In this document: positions 40,432 through 51,811 of the stretch, in pieces
Layout of the letters: each line of letters starts with the position of its first letter
Position numbering within the stretch: the first letter of the stretch is position 1
Source: Octopus bimaculoides
Taxonomy: Eukaryota
DNA length: 64,000 nucleotides
Reading direction: 5' to 3'
Assembly: GCF_001194135.2 (NCBI RefSeq)
Contig: NC_068983.1
Coordinates: 103,191,840 to 103,255,839 of the forward strand
Notes under the pieces: model-generated
What the model was told of the DNA's origin: nothing
Seen by the model: only the letters and a program-made list of their open reading frames with translations
Databases searched by the model: none
Position numbers and translations under genes: made by a program

Positions 40432-41711
40432 TAACTAAAATCCTTCAAGACGGTGCATCAGCATTGCCACCATCAACTGACTGAAACAAGTAAAAGATAG
40501 ATAACAACAGCACACACAAATGCTCTTAATAACTCTGGGTGGTAATTAAAATTTACCTCATTAAAAATACCTATTTAAAGTAGTTAAATCACTTTGGAAT
40601 GTAATTACTTTAGACAAAACATAAAAGTGATATTTATAATGGAAATCATTGTATATACTTATATGAAGTGGCACACGAGAGAATCTAAAACCTTAGGTAT
40701 AGCCGAGTGGTTAAGAAGTTTGTTGTGCAAGTTACATAGCCATGTCTGAAATTACACAACTCATGTGTATTAATTTGTGCATGTGTGTCTGCCACCCACT
40801 GGTTTGTTTACATTCTAGTAATTCCGTGTGAAAAAAGAAAGATAGAAAAAAAGAAGAGCAACTGATAAAATTAAGTATTGGGGTTCAAATCGACCAACTA
40901 AACATTTCAAGGAAGAACTCCAGTATGACCACAGTTCAATGACTTAAGCAAACGAAAAAATAGAACTGTAAGCAAAGCATATATACACACAGATACACCC
41001 ACCACATACACGTTATATAACATAATTGTAACAAAATAAAAGAAATTATTATTGGGATATTAAAGGGACTTTTGAATCACTCAGTGTACCTGTTACCTAA
41101 ATTCGTTAGTATTTTCATAATGACCGTCACTGTTTGGTAAAAGTTAAAACTAATCAAACAAATTTTTAAGCTAAAAACAAAAACACTAAGTTTTTAGAAG
41201 TATAAACAAACATTGTCAATAGCTTAATGTATTTAAATTCTGATACACAAATGTAAAATTTAAAATATTTTAAAAATAGCAATGTTATCGACTATGTACT
41301 AAAACAAGTGACTATCATAAACGTTCTTAAAAATTAGAAACTATTACAACACTAAGACTACCATTAAAAGAAGGGAGGTAATTCTTAATGCTAGTTTTCG
41401 ACAGCTGTTTTGTCTGGTGGGGATGCCAATCTGAAGTAGAAAAATTTACTTTTCATAGCAGAATTTAATGTTTATACATATTGCCAATGTGTGCATGAGT
41501 GTGTTCTTGAGATTTATATTTCTCAGCTACACAAATCCTTCATAAATTTCTTGAGAACAACACAATCAACTTAATATATTTATGCATACATACACACATG
41601 CACATGTACGTAAAACACACACACACATATTCCTCATTCCAGCATGCCTCAACATTTTGAACTGTTAAGCCCCTACAAAATATTTTCTCTCAGTCTTTTT
41701 TCCTCTCAATC

Positions 41712-41747
41712 CTTTCTGTCGAAGAGCGTCGGCTCGAAATGTCAAAG
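41712..41747 (+). ncRNA. Degenerate minimal hammerhead-like motif
   Basis: CUUU-CUGUCGA-A-GAGC(gucg)GCUC-GAAAU-GUC^AAAG: stems I and II pair; core has A6U and GAAAC to GAAAU. Followed about 85 nt later by (TA)n. Confidence 0.45.
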
Positions 41748-41831
41748 ACTTTTCTATTCCTCCAGGGCATCAAATTAACACATTGGCTTCTTCCCTCACC
41801 TGTCTTCATCTCATTTTCTGTAAATTTGAAC

Positions 41832-41875
<44 letters not shown>

Positions 41876-44800
41876 TACAAGCATACATATAAACAAATCT
41901 GTACACACACACACGTATGTACTGAAAGCTAACATGCAAGAAATACATATTTTTGTCAAGAAATTTGTAATGCTCAGAGGATAAGGTGCTGCTTTTCAAT
42001 ACTTAAAACAAATGTGTGTGCACGCGCGCATTTGCACACACACCTGAGTGAGAGAGAAATGTGCAGCCTAGCAGTTAGGGGTATTTATTTCATGGTTATA
42101 CTGCGATGAGTTCAAATTCCTGAATGGGGCAGCACATTATGTCCTTCAGCAAAGCACTTTATTTCCCATTGCTTAAGTCTACTCAACTGAAAATGATACA
42201 AGCCAAGAGCTGGTGCAGCTCTCTCTCCTTCCAGCTGTCACATCTTTAATGTGCAATTAGGTCAAAGAGTGAGAAAGTGGACGGAGAGTTTATGCCTGCT
42301 CGCATCTGCATAGGCATGTAAAACAATTAATGAAAGTATAGTACATGTTATAAAACTATGTTAGTTTTCAGGTAACAGCTGGATCTATATATTTCAGCTT
42401 TTACTTGTTTCAGTCATTCACACACTTATTGTAGCAGTCCTTCAGTTTTTCTAAACCCTGTAAAAGAACTTGGAAGGCTGGACCGCCAGTCAGGCCTTTC
42501 ATGATACCCTTAAAGCCAGGAACTTTTCTGTCAACCAAATCTACTCAGAAGGCTTAGGTCAGCTTGAAGATATAATCATAGTGTAATACAGTGGTACTGA
42601 ACCCAGAACCATGTGGTTGTGAAGCAAACCTCTTACCACATAGCCACACATGTGCCTATTCATTCTTTATACATTCTGGTAGATTCCAATGTAGATATCT
42701 GATCAAGAAATACATATGTCACAATGATCCATTAATTTTATTATTTCCAAGTTTTAGGACAGCAGAGTGGCAATGAAATGGAAGTGTGTTGGAATAAATT
42801 CTTTGTGTTATTTAGTAGCACAACTCTTCAAACTTTTTTTTTTTTTTGTATGTGAATGCTGCTTGTACAAACTTTGTCATTGTCCTTGGGAGATTGATTG
42901 ATGATAATGAGGATTGTATATACACACATACATACACACACACACAGACCTTATGCAGATGTTTCCAATGGGAAAATATTCAGCTTCTGTCCCTTCTTCC
43001 TCTGACTAACTTATAAAGAAATGTACTCAGAATAAATTGAACGACCACATTTCTGCTCTTCCAAAATGATAAAATATTTCCTATTCTCTTGTCTTGGAGA
43101 CCACCAAATACCTCTTGCAGTGAACACTAAAGATAGCTATAAAAATACTAACATCAACCAAGTTAGTGTGTGTGTAGTTAAGAAGTTTACTTAGTAACTA
43201 TGTGTGACCTTGTGAGCATCCATTATAACCCCATCCTTGTGAGTGAATTTGGTTGATAGAAACTGAATAACGCCCACTGTATATGAATATATGTGTGATT
43301 ATGTGAGACTCCTTAAATTGACATCACATTCTAATTGTGAAGAAATATTGCTACACAAGCAGTTATGTATGAGTTGTTTGTATTTGAAAGATGACAATAA
43401 ATGTTACTTTGCTTGGAAACAGGTGAGGGTTGGCAACAAGAAGAGCATCCAGCTGTTGGAAAAAAAAAGCGTATAAGTTTTGTCTGAATAGTGGCAGTAC
43501 AGAAAAACAAACATTGCGTGCATGTATGTGTGATGTACTGTGATGGTAAGATTAACAAAAAAGCACTATCTGGTGAGAAATAAATATTATTTAATAGACA
43601 CAATACATGTTTTATGTGCTGCTAATGGTTTCATATGTTGAGAAATACTTCATACATATATTTATTTCATGGTTATACTGCAAGGGGTTCAATTACTGAA
43701 CAGGGTAACACGTTACATCGTTCAGCAAAGCACTTTATTTCCTATTGCTTTAGTCTACAGCAGGACAAAGGCCTCAGTATGTTCTTTTCACCAACCATGG
43801 TCAGATGTGGAGGCTGTGAATTTAAGCTTGACAGCATACTGGTTTGATGAACCTACTCTATCACACTGGCTCGACAGAGGGCAGCAGTTTTATAATCTTA
43901 CCCAGGAGTAGTTAAGTCAAGTACATCAACCCCAGTGCTCAACTGGTACTTATTTTATCAACCTCAAAAGGATGAAAGGCAAACTTAGCCTCAGAGGAAT
44001 ATGAATTCAGAGAGCACAACGATGAACAAAATATCACTAAGCATTTTGTCTGGTTGCTAACGATTCTGCCAGCACACTAACCTTAGATACGTGTGTTGTG
44101 TGTGTGTGTGTGAAATGGAATTTGCTGAGGCAGGTTTTCTACAGCTGGATGCCCTTCCAGTTGCCACTTGTTTCTGTAGAAAGTTGAACATGAAAGACTA
44201 TGTTGGTAGATTGGTGACACTCATTTACAACTGTTATGTGATGTCAAGGAGAAACTAACTCATACACATTCATGCAGCCATGTATACACATACACACACA
44301 AAAGGCTTCTGTTAGTTTCCATCTATAAAATCCCCTCACAAGGTTGGTTCTGTTGTAGAAGACACTTCCCAAGCATGCAATGGGATTGAACCCAAAACCA
44401 TATGGACTTCTTCACAACACAACTATGCCTGCTCCCTGTGTGAGTGTGTGTGTTTGTACATATGTAGTTTAAATTCCTTTCCATCACTGGCCAATTCAAT
44501 TAAGCATTTTATAATGATTTCTGTAAAAAAAAAATATCACAAAAGTATCACTTTTATGTTTTCTTTAAATATTTTATAATGTATTTTTAACTCTAAACCT
44601 GTCAAATGACAGAAAACCATCTACGTAAATCATAGAACAGCTAAACTGACAGCAAATGAAAAGAAAAAAGAACATTGGTAAAACGTGTGATTTGGTTTCA
44701 CTCATTCACTTACGCACTCACCATCATATATACATCTCACAAGGACCCTTTCCTTTCTCATTAAATATATTTTAGCTCCATGATCAGAGGTGTGTGTGTG

Positions 44801-45120
44801 TGTGTGTGTGATTTGCTCCAACCAACAAATGAAGACGACAGAGAGGTAAAAGTGAGTTGATAGTTAAAAAGATTTCTCATGTGCAGTAAAGTTAGTTGGA
44901 GTGTGGGAACATTCCCTTACAGTGTTGTCGAAACAGAGAGTCAAACAAACACCACCACATCATATCCAACAGTGGTGGTGGTGGTGTTGTTAATCCTCTG
45001 TCTGATAAAGCTGCTGAGATTGGCTACAACAACAATATAAAAGATAATGACTTGGGAAAGCTACTAGAGTTTCAACTGAACATCATAATAGCTGCTACAC
45101 AATAAAGGTTTAAAGCTCAC

Positions 45121-45234
45121 CAGGCCCCAGCTTACAAGACTCCAGGGAGACAGCCAAACAAACATATAGTAGTTTTGACTGTCATCAATTATCTACTGAT
45201 CCACTTCACACCTTTATAACAGTGGGGAGGGAGG

Positions 45235-45293
<59 letters not shown>

Positions 45294-45300
45294 CTAGCTA
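45121..45300 (-). promoter_or_regulatory. Candidate alternative promoter and short first exon
   Basis: (CT)n tract 45231-45291 directly upstream of TATAAAG (45218-45212); donor GGCCTG|gtgagc at 45121. Confidence 0.25.
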
Positions 45301-45883
45301 GCTAGCTTCAATAACAAGAATAAGCATTGCATTTTTTTTTACTCTTCTTTTACAAGTATGACGTTTTTTCATTATCTAAGTGGTTAAACTACATGGCTGT
45401 GCTGTTATCTGGAGTCAATTAATTATTGTTGATATCATTTAGTCCTCAGGTCAGTCCTGAACAAGCAAATCTATGATCAAAGGCAATCCAGAAGTAACCA
45501 TCTCTTCTGTTGTGTATACTTATGCCCCACATGATTCAGTGTGTCCCTCATTTTTCTAGATGGTACACTGTTATTTGAAGGAGTTTTCCTGCTATTTCTA
45601 GCAAGTCAAGCAACTACATAAAAGCTCTCCCAAAACACCACCTAAATTAGTAATTCAAGGAGAAGGGGGATAGAGAGAGTGGGGGGAGCAGTAGCAATTC
45701 TTTAGTGAACAGAAGTTGTTTTGATTACGGAAGTTTTTAATCATTATGTACAACATTATCCATATCATCATGTTTGTTTTGAAACGGCTGAGAGATGTGA
45801 TTTTGATAACTTCACACAATTTTGTTACATATTTTAGTGTTGTAAAATTATTAAATACAAAATAGATTCAACAAAGATACAAT

Positions 45884-45953
<70 letters not shown>

Positions 45954-47466
45954 NNNNNNNNNNNNNNNNNNNNNNNNNNNNNNNNNNNNNNNNNNNNNNN
46001 NNNNNNNNNNNNNNNNNNNNNNNNNNNNNNNNNNNNNNNNNNNNNNNNNNNNNNNNNNNNNNNNNNNNNNNNNNNNNNNNNNNNNNNNNNNNNNNNNNNN
46101 NNNNNNNNNNNNNNNNNNNNNNNNNNNNNNNNNNNNNNNNNNNNNNNNNNNNNNNNNNNNNNNNNNNNNTATGTATATGTATACGCATGCGTGGATTTGT
46201 GTGTCTCCCGCCACTACTTGACAACCAGTGTTGGTGTGTTTACGTCCCTATAGCTTAGCAGTTCAGCATAAGAGGCTGATAGAATAAGTATCAAACTTAA
46301 AAAGGTAAGTACTGGGGTTGAAAAGTTTGACTAAAATTCTTCAATGCATTGCCCCAGCATGGCAGCAGCCAAATGACTGAAACAAATAATAAAAGTAGTA
46401 TATATTCCATATTTAAAAGAACTGCTAGTCAAGACATTACTGCATTTGGTGTTAGTGGTGGTGGTGGTGGTGGCGGCAGAAAGCATGATTATGATTATTG
46501 TGGTGATGACTGTGATGTTTTGTTTGCAAAAATTGGGAAAAAGTATATAAAAAAAAAAGAAATGCAAAAATAAAACAAAAATAAAAACAAACACTTACTG
46601 GATGTTATTTTATCAATGAATGTTTTTAACACCTAACTATTTAAGATTTGACTTAATAGTGTTAAGTGGATGAGAGATAAATCTCTCGCCTGGATAGTAT
46701 GTCAGTCTACAGAAAGTAAAACTTCCCAGATAACACTGTGCTTGTTTTCAATGGTTAGAGAAATTGAAGGCATATAGATTAACGCATTCTGCTCTGAAAG
46801 AGAACAGATTGTCTATTGTGGATTTGAACCCAGAACATATGAGCAGGTAGTTCTAAACTCTAATCTAGTTATAAGATGGATCATTAGAAAACTTCCAGTC
46901 AACAATCTCCATACAACCTTTTCCCAACAAAAAAAAAAGAAGGAATATTAAAATAATTGAATGAGTGTATAGTTTAAAAGTTTGTTTCATAGCCATGTGG
47001 TCTTGGTTAGATTCCACTACCCATCAACTTGGACAACTACCTTCTATAAGAACTTAAAATGTGACCAAAACCTTGTCTGTGAAATTTCAAAGATGGGAAC
47101 TGTGGAAGACCCTATCATGGGTGTGTGTGTGCATGTAAGAGCGGTTCAGCAAAAGAAACTGATAAAGTACCACGCTTAATGAAAACAAGTACTGGGGTTG
47201 ATACATTCAGCTAAAAATTCTTCAAGGCTGTGCCCTAGCATAGCCAAAGTCTAATGACTGAAAGAAGTAAAAGATAAAAGATATCATTCTCATCATTTAT
47301 TGGCCACTTTTCCATGCTTACACGAGCCTTTCGGAATTTGTTGAGACAGATGACCTTCCTGTCACCAAGCAAGGTAATATTTTCCCATAAACATAGCTAA
47401 ATAAATAAAATTTTCCCGTTTGCATCATACAGACGATATATTCACAGTAGATCTGTGAATTCAAGT

Positions 47467-47847
47467 TGTTGGCACTCCGTCACTTACGACGTCGAGGGTT
47501 CCAGTTGATCCGATCAACGGAACAGCCTGCTCGTGAAAGTAACGTGCAAGTGGCTGAGCACTCCACAGACACGTGTACCCCGAACGTAGTTCTCGGGGAT
47601 ATTCAGCGTGACACAGTGTGACAAGGTTGACCCTTTGAATTACAGGCACAACAGAAACAGGAAGAAAGAGTGAGAGAAAGTTGTGGTGAAAGAGTACAGT
47701 AGGGTTCGCCACCATCCCCTGCCGGAGCCTCGTGGGGCTTTAGGTGTTTTCGCTCAATAAACACTCACAACGCCCGGTCTGGGAATCGAAACCGCGATCC
47801 TATGACCGCGAGTCCGCTGCCCTAACCACTGGGCCATTGCGCCTCCA
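47467..47847 (-). mobile_element. Family C SINE, copy 3
   Basis: Head GGAGGCGCAATGGCCCAGTGGTTAGGG...GGTTTCGATTCCC; 14-bp TSD CTGTGAATTCAAGT (47453-47466 and 47848-47861). Confidence 0.92.
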
Positions 47848-48008
47848 CTGTGAATTCAAGTATCTCAGTTGAAAACAAGTAAGAGTTGGTGTCAGGAAGG
47901 GTATCTAGCTGTAGAACACTGCCTCATGAAATCTCAACCAACCTATGGCATCAAGGAAAAGCTGACATGAAAATGACATGAATGTATGTATGTACATGTG
48001 TAAATCCA

Positions 48009-48042
<34 letters not shown>

Positions 48043-48772
48043 GACACATAAACATACACACACATTACACAAAAACCTTTTTTCCCACCAAAATTAGCCA
48101 ATATTCCCAACCTTTAGGCTACACACTATTAAATCTGCTGTATTGTGAGATAACAGTATATAAAGTTAAAGCTTGTCATTAGTACACATACACACACACA
48201 CACATACATACATATACACACACACGTGCACTTATACACACATATATGCACACACAGACTTATTAAACAAAGTATTAGAGAATGACAGTTTAGCAGAGTG
48301 AGTGGAGTATAAAAATCTCTAAAGAGCTTGTATGATAAGCCAGAAAACAGAGCAGAGTAGCTGTGATTGGTCAAAAGTAGATTAGTGGGTAAAGAAATTT
48401 GAAACAACTTGCACATACACACACAAAAAACTAAGCACATTTTACCTTCTCTTTCTACTTATCTCTCTCTCACTCTTCCAACACACACACACACACACTG
48501 ACTTGTCAAACAAAATACCTACAGTGATATACAGTGATATATCAGATCCCAAAGGAAAATAAAGAATAACCAGGTCACAGTACTCCCTCTCCACCTCTGC
48601 TTGGCTGCTGAGCGATTACCCACCCCCTTCCGCCCCACCGCCTTACGCAGCCACCTCAGTTAAATTCCAGCCCTATAGCAACAAGTTAGAAGATACAGCT
48701 TATATTTAGTCAGAAGCTCTTGTTTAACAGACCATATGATTTCTTATCAATGGCCTGCCATTTTTCTGCTTG

Positions 48773-48805
<33 letters not shown>

Positions 48806-48975
48806 ACACACACACACAAAGTATACCAGATACACAGGAGCATGTATGTGCATGGTGTATGAATATGTTTGTACAAGTGTATGTCTGAATGTGTGTGGAT
48901 GCATTGTTACACAAATATAAACAATGAGAGAGAGAAAGGATGAGAGGAAAGGAGCTGGGCAAGGAAGGGAGAGAC

Positions 48976-49062
<87 letters not shown>

Positions 49063-49742
49063 GAGCATGGCCACATGGTTAAAAAGCTTATTTTGTAATC
49101 GAAAGACCCCAATTCAATCCTACTATGTTATGCCAGTAGATTAGCCCACTTGAGACATCCAGGTCAATTGATCAGCCCAAGTGATACAAGTTGAAAGGAC
49201 TTTCCGGCCGATCCACTGATGGAGCAAATGTTGTGAATGGTTGGCTTTGAATTGTAATAGCTAATCAGAGATCATCTTTGGGCTACACAAACCAAAATAC
49301 TCAAAATTTTACACTAATTCAGAAGGGTTAAATACTAACAGTCCAATTAAACAGGGTTCAAAATTGATGATGTGTCTGAGAGGGAGATCCACCGACCCAT
49401 CAAAGAGACATCTTAGAATGTATTCAAGTCAAAGGTATATATTGTTCAAACAACCAAAAAGAGATAGCAATCAAATCTTCCTCAAATCCCAATCCTACTG
49501 TCTTAGAAAGGTTGGATATGCTTAGAATACCTTTAATCTCAGGTCTCTTTAAGCAGGGCTAACTTGGTGCTCCACTTGCTTCCTGACCATACAGTTCCAG
49601 GTTCAGCCCCATTGCGTGGCACCTTGGGCAAGTGTCTTCTACTATAGCCTTGGGCTGATCAAAGCCTTTTGAGTGAATTTGGTAGATGTAAACACACAAA
49701 CACCAGTTGTCAAATAATGGTGGGGAGACAAGCACAAACACA

Positions 49743-49825
<83 letters not shown>

Positions 49826-49884
49826 AAATATATAAAAAGATAAAGAGAGCAATGGTAAAGTTGGAAATATATTTTATGGATAGA

Positions 49885-49933
49885 GTCTTACAGCTGTTTC
49901 TGGGAAGATCCAGTACTTCCCTTCATCGGAGAC
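49885..49933 (-). ncRNA. Degenerate minimal type-I hammerhead ribozyme-like motif (PLE type)
   Basis: GUCU-CCGAUGA-A-GGGAAG(uacuggau)CUUCCC-A-GAAAC-AGCU-GUA^AGAC: stems I, II and III all pair; core has U4C and one extra A before GAAA. Confidence 0.6.
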
Positions 49934-50210
49934 AAAAATAGTAAAGGAATCGATTATTATATCCATAGGCAGAGAGTTATAGTATGAAGTGAGAGTGAGT
50001 GTGATGCGCTAAAAAAAGAAAGAAAGAGAAAACAGTACTTGGAGTGTAGTTTCATTCCAGTAGTAAGTATCCGTGTAAAGTAATCCTTGTGGGAATTTTC
50101 TGGAAATAGTTGCGGCAGCAACGGCTGAAATAGCAGAGGTGGATATATGCCATATTGTGTCCAAGGTATATTGCTTGTGTTTACTTGAAGGATGTCCCAA
50201 GTCAACCTTG

Positions 50211-50270
<60 letters not shown>

Positions 50271-50275
<5 letters not shown>

Positions 50276-50428
50276 GTTGGCAAGAAAGTAATCTCGGCTT
50301 TTTAGTGTGAACAGACAAAGAATGGACTTTAATCAATTACGTATTTTCCATTTTGTTTGATGACCTTTTGCCATCTTTCTGGCAATTTCATGATTCCGTG
50401 CTCATAGAACTTCTGATCCTTATCAGCT
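50271..50428 (-). mobile_element. Mariner transposon 3' end (TIR plus transposase C-terminus), inserted at TA
   Basis: TIR TTGGGTTGGCAAGAAAGTAATCTCGGCTTTTT resembles Hsmar1-type TIRs; 50427-50329 encodes ADKDQKFYEHGIMKLPERWQKVIKQNGKYVID*. Confidence 0.9.
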
Positions 50429-51607
50429 TTATATAGCTATGGTGCAGCCTCACCTGGAATTTACGTCTTCAGTCCATATCTTAAGATGGCACTGGCTATA
50501 ACAATGGACTTCAATTTAAATTTACTGGTTATATACATACATTATCTTAGTACTATTTCAGGAGAAAGGAATCCTCAAACCAAAACCATGGCCTGAATAT
50601 TTTCTACAGAGTAGACTTCACAAAAGGAACCCAAAGACCAGGTAATGATGTGAAACAAGGCAATGGCAGGATTTGGACTTAGAATGCTGGGTGGTTGGTG
50701 TTAGGAAGGGCACCCAGCCATAAAAACCCTGCCAAAAGAGACACAAAAATCTGGTGCAGGCTCCTGTCAAAACCGTTCAACCCATGCCAGCATGGAATGC
50801 AGATGTTAAATGATGATGATGATGATGAATGCACGGAGCTGGAACAAATACTGCAAGGCATTCATCTGATTCTGTAATGGTTCTACTAGTCTACTATCTT
50901 AGACTGGTACTTTATTTATTAACCCAGGGAGGATTAAAAGCAAAGGTGACATCAGCAGGATTTGAAACCAGAACATATGAAGGTGGAAGAAATTCTGCAA
51001 AGCATTTCAACCAATGTTTTAGTAAGCCAACCAATTCACCACCCACTCCATGATTTATTTGGATACTATATCTTTCCTCTTTCCCTCTATTCTCACTGTG
51101 CTTTAATTTCATCACTTAGAGGCGTTACTAAACTCTTTAACCTATTATTAGCCTCTAGAACCTCATCTCTCTAAAAGTACACTTTTGCTTACAACTTCAT
51201 AGTGAGCAGCAGCTTACAACAATTCTAATTAAACATTCACCTGATTTATTTTAAGTAATTATCTTCACAGTCTAAAAAGGCTATGAAAATTACAACATTA
51301 GCTCAAAGTACTACTAGTATATTCTGTGTCCACCAATAGTGCATACATTATGGCATATATGCACTTATATGCAGATAAGCCTTTACTGGGTTGCTAAGGT
51401 CAAAGGAAGGGGTAATCTTATCTACATCCAACTGTTTCAACAGTGAATTTGTGTTACATAAATAACATGATAAAATGACTCAACTGCCAACAGTTATTTG
51501 TTTTATTTAAATACATAGTCTATTATTACAGGAGCAAGACACAGCTCAATAAATCACAGTTCTAATTATGTTTGATAGAATTGATAGAGCATTGGACAAA
51601 ATATTTT

Positions 51608-51811
51608 CTAGCATTTGGTTCTCTTAGATCCTTCAGGGCTGTCAGCACAATGGGCAACAAGGCTTCTCCAGACAGTCCAGTTGCTCACCTTCCTTTTGGC
51701 TCCACTTGAGCCAACACCCAATGCTATCATGTCATCCTGGAACATACTATGCCACGTCTTCCTTGGTCTTCTCCTTGGACTCCTTCCTGCACCTGGTCTA
51801 TACTCCATCAT
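51608..51811 (-). mobile_element. RTE-type LINE 3' remnant
   Basis: RPGAGRSPRRRPRKTWHSMFQDDMIALG...WTVWRSLVAHC matches the post-RT 'GKR.RGRP.KTW...D' C-terminus. Confidence 0.75.

Noticed and set aside
42255-42264. RORE-like AATTAGGTCA (also AAGTAGGTCA near 6953)
   Set aside because: Isolated imperfect matches are expected by chance in 64 kb of AT-rich DNA.
44950-44986. CACCACCAC...GTGGTGGTG hairpin
   Set aside because: Short stem made of complementary trinucleotide repeats; low information.
47770-47847. tRNA-like sequence as a possible tRNA gene
   Set aside because: It is the head of a TSD-flanked SINE and continues into a non-tRNA body.
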